Origin: Octopus sinensis
Lineage: Eukaryota
NCBI RefSeq assembly: GCF_006345805.1
Contig: NW_021832432.1
Coordinates: 704,377-768,376, forward strand
Direction: 5' to 3'
DNA: 64,000 nt
Shown: positions 1 to 12,288 of the stretch, in pieces
Numbering within the stretch: position 1 is the stretch's first letter
How the letters are laid out: every line of letters begins with the position of its first letter
Notes under the pieces: model-generated
The model's database searches: none
What the model was told of the DNA's origin: nothing
What the model saw: only the letters and a program-made list of their open reading frames with translations
Program-made: the position numbers and the translations under genes

Positions 1-1039
1 TTTTCTCCTAAATATGCGCTGCTAAAATTAGGGTGCATCTAATATATTCGTACGTTTTTTATGCTATCAAATACGGCAATTACTATAGGACATGGGTTAG
101 ATATTAAAAGCAGTATCCATTAGAGGTGTTTCAAGGATTCCCAGCGCCCTGAGGTAGAGATCCCTTTGATGCACATCCACTCACCATAACAGGCATGGCG
201 GGCCAGAAGAAATTCTGAGCACTTTTACAACTGCGCTTGGAGCAACATCCCACCACCCTCACCGCCTCATGCTACGCCTACGATCGGGTGCTGTTTGAAT
301 GAGAGTTGGCTGTTATGTCTTTGCAAATCGAGTGACCAAGAAGAAACCTCTTTGTTGGCTGGTGTTAACAAATACTGGAAGTCTAACTAGTAACGGCATT
401 AAGGTGCATGATATGTGAATTCCAGCCCCGACTAACTATTTTCATCATTATCTAATTCTGTTTAGGTCACAATTTAATCTATACAACCAGCATTCCATTG
501 ATACACATGTACATTCGGTAATCAAATTCGTAAATTACACAGCATCAGAAACTGGAATTCATTAGTGCAACAGTTATTAAGAATTGAATGGAGAGTGGGC
601 TAAAACTCTTCCTTGGAAAACGATATCTACCAGATAACTTTTCTACAATGCTTTTGTTGAATGAAATACAAGGATGAAACGAAGACTTAATAGCTATTGA
701 CAGGAAGTTAGAACGTGACCGGAAATCAACCAATGAATTAAGCACAAATGAGGAAATAAAACTTTATTAGCTTTCAGTATAGAATACTTTGCTTCTATGA
801 ATTAGACCTTTATAATTTATTAAAATGTCGCTCTCCCGTCGATAGAGGAAAAGATGGCGGAGGGGTTAGTTTTCAGGCAAAAGCCAAATATTGAATGTCG
901 TTTTCAGAACGAATATTAATTAATTAATACAAATACATATAAATAAACAAAATGACTCAAGAGATATCATAATTGATTATTTAATACTTATTATCTCTAG
1001 GCGTTTGAATAGATCTCATGATATCTATCTCTATTTTAT

Positions 1040-1455
1040 TCTTGTGTCAGCCATTGGACTGCGGTCATGCTGGAGCACTGCCTTGAAGGATCTAGTCAAC
1101 ACAAATAGGCATCAGGACTTATTTTTTTCAAGTTAGGTATTCATTATATCGATTCACTCTTGACGAACGGCTGCTAAGTTACGGAGACGTGAACGAGCCA
1201 GCACCAGTTCTCAAACGGTGATAGGGACAAACACAACATCCCTACACCTCCACACATCTTTTATGTTCCATTCTTTGCTGGTTTTAGTCATTGGACTGCA
1301 GCCATACTGGGTACCGTCTTGAAGTATTTAGTTGACACAGATCAACCCCAGTATTTTTCTTTTAAAGCCTGGTACTTATTCTTGCCAAACTGCTAAGTTA
1401 CGGGGACGTAAGCAAACCAACATTAGTTGCCAGGCGGTGCTAGGGAATAAACGCA
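1040..1455 (-). mobile_element. Two degenerate 3' halves of SINE family A
   Basis: Diverged copies of 'cagtcatttgactgcggccatgctggagcac...gctaagttacggggacgtaaac...' at ~1040-1235 and ~1280-1455. Confidence 0.7.
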
Positions 1456-1559
1456 AATGCAGGCGCACGCGCACACAGAGACACAGGCAGACAGACAGAC
1501 ACAGACACACACACACACAAGCCATATACAACAACTTCACCAAAGCCGGTCCCAAGATC

Positions 1560-2350
1560 GGTTGAAAAAAGGAGGAAGACGTGCGGGTGGTGGCGATGGT
1601 GGTTCAGCAATACCACCTCGTATAAACATTCACCTGCTACAGAAACAATGAATATGAACCAAGCTATTCCTGATGGACGTGAAAGATGTCTTGATGGACG
1701 TAGAAGTGAATGTATGAAATCTTAGGATAGATGTATGACGGATGCGAGTTGAAGTCGAAAGGAAGCCCAGATCCCGAAGAACCAGATCTTCCAAACCTAC
1801 TAAAAATAGCTGCCAAATCTTCTTAGAATCACAACCAACCGTTTTTAAAAAGGAAGTACTGTATATATTTTGCATTATTGAATTATGTGATCACATGTCT
1901 AGAATGAAGATCGATGATCTTGGTTGAAATGTCTTTTATCATTGGCCTACTAAATTAGGGTTGATTTGGGATCTAAACAACGTATAGTGTAATACAAACT
2001 TCTATGTACGAGCAAGTCATGGGAATCTTTATGTGGTCGCTTGACCTGCTAGGAGCAACCTCACATTATCACCTTCTTTTTTGAATAGTCCTTGGAATTT
2101 CTTTAAATCTTCCTTGTTTATTACTATGTTTTCACTGGGGTGAGTTGCTGCACTCGCAAAATTAATTTTTGATTTTTCCTCTTGTTTAGCCTCGCTAGAC
2201 ATTTTGTCGTCTGCGTTTGAAACGAGCGCGTGAGATGCCTCTATACTTTTACCTTTCTCCTCCCTCATTTTCGTCTCTATGCCTTCACACAAAATTCAAA
2301 GTCGGACTAGAGTGCTTAAGTGGAGGTAACAAGAAATAAACCAACACAAA
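1560..2350 (-). pseudogene. Possible decayed 5' UTR/ORF1 of a non-LTR retrotransposon
   Basis: Non-repetitive, coding-like minus-strand sequence (ORF 2029-2292, then stop-interrupted '...EDLAAIFSRFG'). It starts next to a (CA)n tract; family assignment is inference only. Confidence 0.25.
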
Positions 2351-2487
2351 TAAACCAACACACACACACACACACACACACGTAATGTGAATGTGTGTGT
2401 GTGTGTGTGTATGTGTCTTTGTTCTCTCCCCACCGCTTTGCGACTGATGTCTAGAGAATAAGATGGACAATATGGTTTACTGAAGGA

Positions 2488-2488
<1 letters not shown>

Positions 2489-2523
<35 letters not shown>

Positions 2524-2670
2524 GAGTCAATCGGACTAGAGTGCTTAAGTGAAGGTAACAAGAAATAAACCAACACAAAAAAAGAGTAGTGAACACTGTG
2601 GCAACGGTAGTAAAAAGCAGAGAGAAAGAGATACACAGAAAGAGAGATAGAGGGAGAGAGAGAGGTAAAC

Positions 2671-2745
<75 letters not shown>

Positions 2746-2891
2746 GAGTCATCGGACTAGAGTGCTTAAGTGAAGGTAACAAGAAATAAACCAACACAAA
2801 AAAAGAGTAGTGAACACTGTGGCAACGGTAGTAAAAAGCAGAGAGAAAGAGATACACAGAAAGAGAGATAGAGGGAGAGAGAGAGGTAAAC

Positions 2892-2965
<74 letters not shown>
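2489..2965. repeat. Tandem duplication, ~221 bp unit, embedded in (GA)n
   Basis: 'tcggactagagtgcttaagtgaaggtaacaagaaataaaccaacac...gtaaactgcgagagaaa(ga)n' at 2531 and 2752; the first ~48 nt also occur at 2302. Confidence 0.9.
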
Positions 2966-2967
<2 letters not shown>

Positions 2968-3492
2968 TCTGTGAGCCAGAGCTGTGATGTTTTGGTGAAG
3001 TCTATTCATATTACTCGGTCAAGTGACTTTTGGATGCGATCTAGAATGTCTGTATCTGTCGCCATTCGGCTAATGCTGTCTGTTTTTTTTCTTTTTTTTT
3101 TCTTCATCTCATCGGATCTTTTCTGTTTGGCTTTCACTTATTGAAATTTTAAAATGAAGGGAAAATCTTCAAATTTGCTATATGGATGTAATTTTAAACT
3201 TTGAAATTACAATTCCGTTTTCATTCTGGTTTACAATTACGTTTTCTTTTGACACATTCTACAAGTATACGAAGTTTCAAATTGTTTGGTTAAGTAGGAA
3301 AAATCTGAAAAAACAGGCCTTGGAAATGAACAGATCCGTAATTTTTCACACTGAATATGATGTTGTTATTCAGTTGTTCCAGAAAAATGTTAGAAATGTG
3401 TTACGGAGGTTTAAAGTTTGATTGTTTTTACTCAGTCAGAAAACAGGATTTGGAAGCCGGCATTTTCTGCGTGATGACTTTTATTAAACAAA

Positions 3493-3523
3493 ATGAAAGC
3501 AATATATTACGACGACGAAAGTG
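3493..3523 (+). other. Candidate first coding micro-exon (MKAIYYDDES-G|gtaaga)
   Basis: caaaATG context, 10 open codons, then donor G|GTAAGA at 3524; lies at the end of ~550 bp of unique sequence that follows a (GA)n tract. No homology evidence. Confidence 0.2.
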
Positions 3524-6047
3524 GTAAGAAGTTTTGAAATTTCAATAAGTTTAAATGAATAAAGTCACGCGAAACGTTGGAACAAGCAATATAATAAAGA
3601 AAAATCCCCAAAGAAAAGTTAATGCCAAATAGAAAAGATCCATGCCGGATACCTCCTATGTTTTATTTCTGATTGACTGCGTATACTTTACTGGGTGTGC
3701 AAACTGTAGCTCACTAGCTTAACTATTGATTTTTATGCGGATCACGTCCCTGAGCTCAGCGATTTTATTTTAGTTCCTTAATTCAAATTCATTGTTTATA
3801 TATATACATACATACATACGTACATACAAACGTACGTATCTATGTATGAATGTATGTATGTATATTATACATATATTATACATACATACGCACACATATA
3901 TATGTATATATATATATGTGTGTGTGTGTGTATGTATGTATATATTATATATGTACAAACACATACATACACATATATATGTATGTGTGCGTTTGTGTAT
4001 GAGAATAAGAGATTCATCCTTACACACATACGCGTGGATGTATGTGTCGAGTGTGTATATAAGCATACACACCCATACACACACACAGACACGCACACAC
4101 ACACACACACACATACACACACACGCACACACAATCATCACAACACAGCATCATAATTTCTAAATGGCACCGAAGGCGATAGCGTAATATATATGCATTA
4201 GAAAATCTCTGTTTATAAACTGCATTGGGTACTTAAAGCTCTTGTTGAAAGGAGAGCAACAAGATGAATGCTTTTGTTTATTATTCATTGTTTATCAACA
4301 CTTTGTACTAGATGAGTAGGTAAAACGTAACGATTTTTATAACAAGCTAGTTGATCAATAAATTATATCCAACGAATTGTCTTGTCTTTACGAGGATTTG
4401 TGTGTGTATATCACACTTTCGTCGAATCGTCTATAAAATGTTTTATTTTTTTTTTGTTTTCGTTTTGTCATATTTATCTTTTCAAATCAAGAGTCAGTTA
4501 TTACTTCACTCTGCTTTATTCTAAATCGCTGATAACCACCAATGTTGACGAGACAACAAAGACCAGACAGTGTTGTTTAGCTCTAGGGTAACAGCGCTGA
4601 TCAAGCAGACAGATCTATGGTGAAATGCCGTTCTACCTGTGGCTATCCCGTCTTTATAAGAGTATGTCAGATAGATTATATGAAGTCATGGCTGTTTGTT
4701 TAAGAAGCTTGTTTGGCGGCTATATAGTTCTGGCTTCGTTCCCACTGAGCGGCACCTAGAGCAAGTGTCTTCTATTATATCCTCTCACGGAATTTGATAG
4801 ACGGATCTTTTCGGGCGCTGCAACAGATTTCGTATATTTTCAATTTTCTTCCAATTGTTTTCCAATTTGGTATACCGGTCATGCACTTCGCTAAAGGTGT
4901 GTACTGGACGACATTTCTCCTGACTATTCAATAGTGCATCCTCAAGTTTAGAAAATTCAGTTTACAAAATTCTTCCCACGGTACAAATTAGTGCCCACCT
5001 ACAATATTTTAAAGTACCCCCAGGCACCAAAATCTGGTGACAGGCCTGATATCGATTTAGTTTTGTATGCTAATAGGAAAAATGAAAATAATTTTTGCCA
5101 TAAATTAATAAACAAAAATTGCTTTTAAAGTTTGTAATTTTAGCCAATTGAAAGTCATCATGAGAGATTTACATGAGTGTAAGTCTCTCATTCGTGTCTG
5201 TTTCCATAGTAACAAGCAAAGCCGTAGTCTGCTTTGCTTTCTATGTTATAGGGATGCTGTACTTGTCCGACTGTGATACTTTCACCACCGCAACCATCAC
5301 CTCAAGTTTTGATGAGAATCATTTCGTGACAAACAGTTAACACGCAAACAATGTCGACTTCCGATTGCCGTTATTGGATTGGACTAAAACTTATCATGTT
5401 TCTAATTTTTTTTTTCTGGCAATAAATGAATACCTCTATTCGGATTCAGCATGAGAAATTACATCAATATCCCAAATATGAAAATATTCACTTAATTTTA
5501 AAATCTGAGACGGCAACCGAGTGCTTCACAGTTCCATGCTTAAAACTCATTTTGGTTCTCCTACAGATCAGCCTTTCCACATACAGTCACGCTGATTCTA
5601 TCCGAGATTTACGTGAATTGTATACGTTTCAGTAGAAAGCTGAGTAACACTTTAATTCAAAAGCAGCTAATTCAGTTGACCGAACAACCGAATCCTCGTC
5701 GTTGATCGATGAAAATCCACCATCACCACCATCATCATTAATCTAAATATAAAATTGTAGAGAAGTAATGTTTTTTTTTTTATCTTTTACTTGTTTCAGC
5801 CATTAGACTGCAGCCATACTGGGGCAATGATTGGAAGGGTTAGTGGGACTGAACCTGAAATCACGTGGTTGCAAAGCAACGCAGTCATGCTTGCGCCCGT
5901 GAAGAAGGAACTTCGAAGATGGCTATATGACTTTCTAAGTAAATGGAGGCAACCAGTTTTCAACTCGTTGCAATATTACGTATATAAGAACCAATCGAAT
6001 ACACACATACACACACACACAAACACACACACGCACACACACACACA

Positions 6048-6103
<56 letters not shown>

Positions 6104-6418
6104 TAGGCTTCCACACAGTTTCCGCTTACCAAATTCATTCGCAAGGCATTGATCAGCCCGGGACTTAAGTAGAAGACACCTGTCCAAGGTGCCGCATTCT
6201 TTAAGGTTTCAAAATCGACTTTACACTCAACTTCTGCGTAGAGGCAAACAGATTTTTGGTGGAAAACATCTTCAACACAACAACAAACTGATGTGACTTT
6301 ATTATTTCTCTCAAATAAAGGAACTTTTTTAGCCAACGAATACCATCACTATATTATATTTCACTTTGGAGTTTTCAAAATTTGATTTAACTTATGTGCT
6401 GTTCGATCCCTTAATTTT

Positions 6419-6792
6419 TTACTCTTTTACTTGTTTCAGTAATTTGACTGTGGCCATGCTGGAGCACCGCCTTTAGTCGAGCAAATCGACCCTATTCTTT
6501 GGAAGCCTGGTACTTATTCTATCGGTCTCTTTTGCCGAACTGCTAAGTTACGGGGACGTAAACACACCAGCGTCGGTTGTCAAGCGATGTTGGGGTACAA
6601 ACACAGACACACACAGACACACACACATACGACGGGCTTCTTTCAGTTTCCGTCTACCAAATCCACTCACAAGGCTTTGGTCGGCCCGAGGCTATAGTAG
6701 AAGACACTTTCCGAAGGTGCCACGCAGTGGGACTGAACCCAGAACCATGTGGCTGGTAAGCAAGCTACTTACCACGCAGCCACTCCTGTGCC
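6419..6792 (-). mobile_element. Full-length tRNA-derived SINE family A (CORE-like central motif)
   Basis: Minus strand: GGCACAGGAGTGGCTGCGTGGTAAG (A box-like), GGGTTCAGTCCC (B box-like), 'gcaccttcggaaagtgtcttctactatagcc', internal (TG)n, tail 'gactgaaacaagtaaaagagta'-like. Confidence 0.9.
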
Positions 6793-6899
6793 TATATAAT
6801 GTTTACAAAGAAAATAATTTTTCAACTAATTTCTTTACATCGTTAAATTAGAAATATTTACAGTATTTGAAACAGCAACCGAAACTGCTTCATTATGGC

Positions 6900-7480
6900 T
6901 CATGATTCAAATCGAACCAACTACTACTGATTTGACTTTAAAAATAAATCTTCGCGTGTGGTAGTCCAACGAATCGATTTTAAAACTAGATCTTGTATCG
7001 TAAATTTTGCTATTTATTCCACATGCAGCTATAGCCAATTGCACTGTGTTTAGTAAATCTGTTTTCTCATCTACAGCTATCAAATAAATCAGACATTTTT
7101 TGCAGCTTGTTTGAAGGATACTTGAATATCGTTAATCATGTCTTTTATACGATCAGAAACCGTGATAAACTAATATTCTCAAGAAATCTGACATTTTATC
7201 GTCCAGCAGTAACAATGCATTCTTAATAAACTCTCCTTCAATAAATAGCTTCACTCTATTTTGTAATTAGCTCATACTCTTCATAACTGGTTTGTGTTAC
7301 AAAAGTATTATATTTAATAATTAATCTGAAAATATGTTGCTATTTCCATAAAGATTCTTTTGAAGATACTAGTTTGACTGAACATTGAGTTCTTTTTAGT
7401 ATTTCGTATTCCACATGCTTATTCAAGATAATACAAGATGTAACTGGATCCTTACAAATAAGACAAACATGGTTTCCATT
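6900..7480 (-). pseudogene. hAT (Buster/Charlie, GTF2IRD2-like) transposase relic
   Basis: Frame-shifted translation 'KLFIEGEFIK...ENISLSR...DRIKDMINDI...IAVDEKTDLLNTVQLAI' matches the Buster pattern KPFTEGEFIK/ISLSR/LDESTD..AQLAIF. Confidence 0.6.
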
Positions 7481-7598
7481 ACGTGGGAAATTTGACTGGG
7501 GAATGCTAGAGTAAGAGAGGGAAAGGCAGAGTTTATTCAGAAGAGAGGGTGAAGATTCCCTTTAAAGAGAGAGAACCGCTTCAGAGTTTATTACTATT

Positions 7599-7831
7599 AT
7601 CGACTCCAGTATTCAACTGGTACTTATTTCATCGACCCCGAAAGCATGACAGGCAAAGTCGATCTCGGCGGAATTTGAACCCTATACGTTCTGAGTTCAA
7701 ATTCCACCGAAGTCGACTTTGCATTTCATTCTCTCGAGGTTGATAAATTAAGTACCAGTTGAGTACTGGGGACTATGCAATCGACTGTCCCTCTCCCCCA
7801 AGTTTCAGGCCTTGTGCCTATATTAGAAAGG

Positions 7832-7832
<1 letters not shown>
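7599..7832. mobile_element. Head-to-head inverted pair of headless SINE-B fragments
   Basis: 7599-7680 (-) and 7686-7832 (+) share 'gttcaaattcc.ccga..tcgactttgc...gataaattaagtaccagttga'; the + copy ends in (ATT)n. Confidence 0.85.
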
Positions 7833-7874
<42 letters not shown>

Positions 7875-7887
7875 TATTATTATTATG

Positions 7888-8983
7888 AATGGTGAGCGTG
7901 TGTGAGCTCCGTTTGTGAGGTTCGTCTTTCCGCAGCTCGTCTCCTTGGGTGAAAAAAAGACCGAGAGTGGGCCCTGGCACCTAGAATATCGTCAGTCACT
8001 CACAGCACTCTACTAGTCGGGCAATGGGATCGGTGGATGTTCCGCTTTAAAAATTTATAGAGGGTTAGTGGCCGAGAAGTGCGACGACGTTCTCGGGGAG
8101 ACTCTGGGCACCGATTAGACCGAACAGGCTAGTCTGTTCCGGAGGACTTTCCGGTCGGGAACTACCATGGATAATTTCCAGATGTCATTGGCCTGGCAGT
8201 GCTAACGGGGGTGGGGGACTACCCATTCGCGATAAACTCTACAGGCACGGATGTACTGTCAGACAGGCTTGTCTGAGGTATGCGCAGGGTGACGAAACAG
8301 TTCTGCATCCCCTCGTTCAGTGTCCTGGCATTGCTGACTTGTCGAACAGTTGCTATCACGTGTGGGACGGATCCATCTGTCGGCCGAGTCTGTAGTGATA
8401 ATCGCACCCTCAATCGGGCAGGCAAGGCAGTTTTCCTTTGCCCGGTGGCTGTGGCGAAAGAGGTTTTTTTGGTGGACAAGGCTGAAAGGCATGAGGACAG
8501 ATACATTCCTCTTTGGTAGAGCTTTCATTGATTTCTTCAAGTTACACTTGAAAGGGAAATTGAGAGTGGAGAGGGAAGTGCTGTTCTCGAGTGAGTTTAT
8601 TGAAAGGTGGGTGAAAGTTGCAAAAATGGCAAGAGTGGATGGTACCTCTCTCTCAGTGTAGACCTGTAAGTTGGAGAAAAGGAACTGGAGAGGGCACTTG
8701 CTCTTGGTGTTTAGGGAAACCTCAGACAGTGAGGCTCCTCGATTATCCCTAGAAGTCTTCCTGTACCAGGAGGGCCTTTCTCTATCATTCTCCCCGCTAC
8801 CTTTTTTCCTTTCCTTTGTATGCTATGCATTTGTCCCTTCCATTTTAGTGTATACCGTGTATACTTTCTTCCTTTCTTTCCTTTTAAATTTGTAAAAAAT
8901 CATTTCATTATATGTAAACCCCCATACTTTATATGTCTTTGTATTGACCTCCCCATCTTCACCCTTGTGGCAAATAAATGAAA
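7888..8983 (+). mobile_element. 5'-truncated Tx1/L1-clade LINE (ORF2 C-terminus + 3' UTR)
   Basis: 'LPIRDKLYRHG...ACLRYAQGDETVLHPLVQCP' (decayed CxxC..H..C knuckle), '...FFWWTRLKG...FIERW'; T-rich 3' UTR, AATAAA, then (ATT)n; flanked by (TTA)n on both sides. Confidence 0.7.
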
Positions 8984-9011
8984 TTATTATTATTATTGTT
9001 GTTGTTGTTAT

Positions 9012-10098
9012 TATATGTTTGGCTTTTGCTTTGTATTTGTGCAAATTGACTCCAAGTCTCACCCAGAGACCTCAAGAGACAACAAGTTAGAAGTTCAAGT
9101 TGGTGTTATGACTAGGGTGCCATATATTTGGTTTCGCACCGATTATTTTTAGAGAATATGTCAAAACATAAGTAAATTAGAAGTTTGTTTTAAAAGTAAT
9201 TTAATTATAAAATGATAGTCTGATGTTAAAGGTGACAGCAAAAGGTGTTTGCTATCAAGTACATTTAAATGTATTTTGATACTGCTTACGGTTTAAAATA
9301 TTTTGGGGATTACTTAAACAATATTTTAAGTAGGATATGGGCATTTTTGGATTTCCTGGTATTTGAGCTAGGTAGCAATCAGCCCCTTTTGCTATCATTC
9401 CTAGGGCACCTTTGCCAACAGGTATTGTTTTAGTCTTGAAGATCCACAATTTGCCAATTTCTGTTTCAAAATCTCTATACTTGTTCAGTTTTTGATAGGT
9501 CTTGACAAATTCATTTATGTCGATTGGGACAGTCATATCAATGGGGAGGCATGATTTTTGTCTGAAGTCCTTCGATATAATGTTTGGCCTATTTGCATCT
9601 ATTTTTCAATCAGTTTGAACGGCGAAGTTCCAAAGGAGTGAGATGCAGTCATTTTCAAGCACTGGCGGTGATTTGCGTTCCCACCAGTTTTTATCATGGG
9701 GCAAGTCAGTCTTTGTAAATTACCCAATGAATATACTGTGTTGCTCTATTATGCCTGTTAAGATACTCTGTAGGCGCAAGAAGACTGCACATGGAGACAA
9801 CATGAATACTATATGTTGGGTAACTTTAAGATGTTCTTTAAGATGTTATCCTGGTAGCTTCTTGTAGGTTGGTATTGATCTTGGGTTGCTATGATAAATA
9901 CTTTTGTCTCTGATTTTAAGTCAGAAGTCACTAACCATTGATGGATAAGGGCTTTGTCAACATTGGCATTATTAACTCCCTTTGCATATTTGCCACTGAG
10001 AGGTTTTTCTTGCCATTTATCAGTAAAAATATCTAAGGCAGCCGTTTGAGCACGGGTTTTCATACGCTTACCTTTTTCTGTGCTTGTTTCCAGTACGT
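9012..10098 (-). mobile_element. 5'-truncated R4/Dong-like non-LTR retrotransposon (REL endonuclease region)
   Basis: 'DKWQEKPLSGKY...WL..SDLKSET..FIIATQDQ..PTRSY', ANRPNI, 'MTVPIDIN..KTYQKLNKYRD.ETEI..LW..KT.TIPV..GALG'; bounded by (TTA/TTG)n and (TAA)n. Confidence 0.85.
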
Positions 10099-10110
10099 AT
10101 AATAATAATG

Positions 10111-10165
<55 letters not shown>

Positions 10166-10229
10166 TGATAATAGTATTTATTATTATTATTATAATTAAT
10201 AATAATAATAATAAATAATAATAATAATA

Positions 10230-10260
<31 letters not shown>

Positions 10261-10320
10261 AGTATTTATTATTATTATTATAATTAATATAATAATAATA
10301 ATATAATAATAATAATGATG

Positions 10321-10364
<44 letters not shown>

Positions 10365-10380
10365 TATTATTATTATTATA
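10098..10380. repeat. (TAA)n microsatellite
   Basis: Direct observation. Confidence 0.95.
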
Positions 10381-10959
10381 TGTAATTTTCGTATGAGTGA
10401 GAGAACATATGAAATAATATTTCCATATAACCTATTTTATTTTTATTTTTAAGGGTCCTAGTGGTTGTAGATATCACCATTTCGCCCTTCTTACGAGATC
10501 CTCAGTACAACATAAAATTAGTTGGTCTATGTTCATTTAAATCCTTTAAGAATCATATACGATCGATTTTCTTTTCTTTCTTTTTTCTTACTCTCCTAAC
10601 AGCAGAGAAAAGGAGTGAAGAGACAGAGGAAGGGAAATGAAAGCCTCAGAGTCATTTAGAATTAAAATTAACATTATACTTAAGTTTTCATCATCATCTA
10701 TGTAAAAATAATTATCTATCCATGCTTAAACAGACAGAAATCTATAGACGGTATTCGTTTTATTTTAATATTAGACTCTGCAAAAGAGGGTCTTTTATGG
10801 AGATTCTTAATTAGCTGGGTTTGCAAGGAGTGGCATAGCCCATGGTGTTTTTAGTTAACCGGTGAGACTGATGCTATTAATGTTGCTCTCGAACTTTTGT
10901 AATTAGTGATTATAAAGATCAAAAAGTTTTCTACCAAATTATTGTTCGCATTCTCTCTT

Positions 10960-11400
10960 GTAAAATAATCTGACACAAGCCACAAAGTTTACAATGACGC
11001 TCTGCATTCAAATAAATGCTTAATTCCTGAGTCAAACAATACATTTTCCATGGCGGTGTCAAAACCACATCAATTTGATAAAACTATATCTATTGTCAAA
11101 ACTTAATGGCAAACCAAACTTGGCAAAATATCGAATTTTACATTATGATTATATGGCTCGTGCTTGACAATTCTAATGACAGAGCACTTCTAATGTGTAA
11201 TTAAAACAATGTCATCATGTTTAGAATACATCTGCTCAATGATTAAGACAAATCTATTAGTGTGACAGTTCAACTCTACAGTTGTGAAAGTTCTTGTTAT
11301 AACAAATTTACATTATGTTCAAACAACGTAAGGCATGTAACTCCACATCTCATCAATAGCTTGGACAGCTCGATACTTGGAACAATTCCACTCTAAGCTA
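10960..11400 (-). pseudogene. Possible LTR-retrotransposon integrase relic
   Basis: Broken minus-strand translation 'FAKFGLPLSFDNRYSF...SGIKH...AER' resembles rve core 'IFARFGLP..IVSDNG..F...GIKH...AER'. Confidence 0.35.
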
Positions 11401-11608
11401 AAACTTGTCAGTGAACTGAGAATCGCAAGCCGACAGAGCGGATGAGGGAATGTGTTCACAACTTTAAAAATGGAAATGTACTTTCTTATGATGCTAGCCC
11501 GCAGTTAAATTCTGGAGACCAAAAAGTAAAGTATTTGGGTCATAGATTCACAGCAATACCAGTGTCTCACTACAATACCAGTGTGTGTATATATATATAT
11601 ACATACAT

Positions 11609-11706
<98 letters not shown>

Positions 11707-11719
11707 GTGTGTGTATATG

Positions 11720-11918
11720 TTTCTGTGTCTGTGTTTGTACCCCCAACATAGCTTGACAACCGATGCTGGTGTGTTTACGTCCCTGTAACTTAGCGATTCG
11801 GCAAAAGAGACCGATAGAATAAGTACTAGGCTTACAAAGAATAAGTCCTGGGGTCGATTTGCCCGACTAAAGGCGGTGCGCCATGCTGAAACAAGTAAAA
11901 GAGAAAAAGAGTAAAAGA
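11720..11918 (+). mobile_element. SINE-A 3' half
   Basis: 'cttgacaaccgatgctggtgtgtttacgtccc...gaccgatagaataagtactagg...ctgaaacaagtaaaagag' between (TA)n tracts. Confidence 0.9.
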
Positions 11919-11928
11919 TATATGTATG

Positions 11929-12012
<84 letters not shown>

Positions 12013-12227
12013 TATATAAAACAAATTTTATTGAAAAACAAATTTTATCCTACATTAGTTATAAATTTAATAGTGTTCACTTCTGGATTCTCTCACTCTG
12101 TGAAAGTTTCTAGATCGAATCACGCGTGTCTCGAGATGTGCTGAAGATTTTCTATTTTGGATATATTTTGGGTACTTAGGTCTGCTCAGGACTTAGTGCT
12201 TGCTTTTTCCATTTATGTCTTAAGTAT

Positions 12228-12288
12228 TTATCGCTGACGAGGGGAAAATTCTTATGAATTAACCCCGAAATTGGGACCAATACGGTAA
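12228..12288 (+). ncRNA. Type I hammerhead ribozyme motif
   Basis: Helix I ttatcg/cggtaa; core CTGACGA (12234-40); helix II GGGG-aa-aattc(ttat)gaatt-aa-CCCC; GAAA (12267-70); helix III attgg(ga)ccaat; cleavage triplet AUA ending at 12282. Confidence 0.85.
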
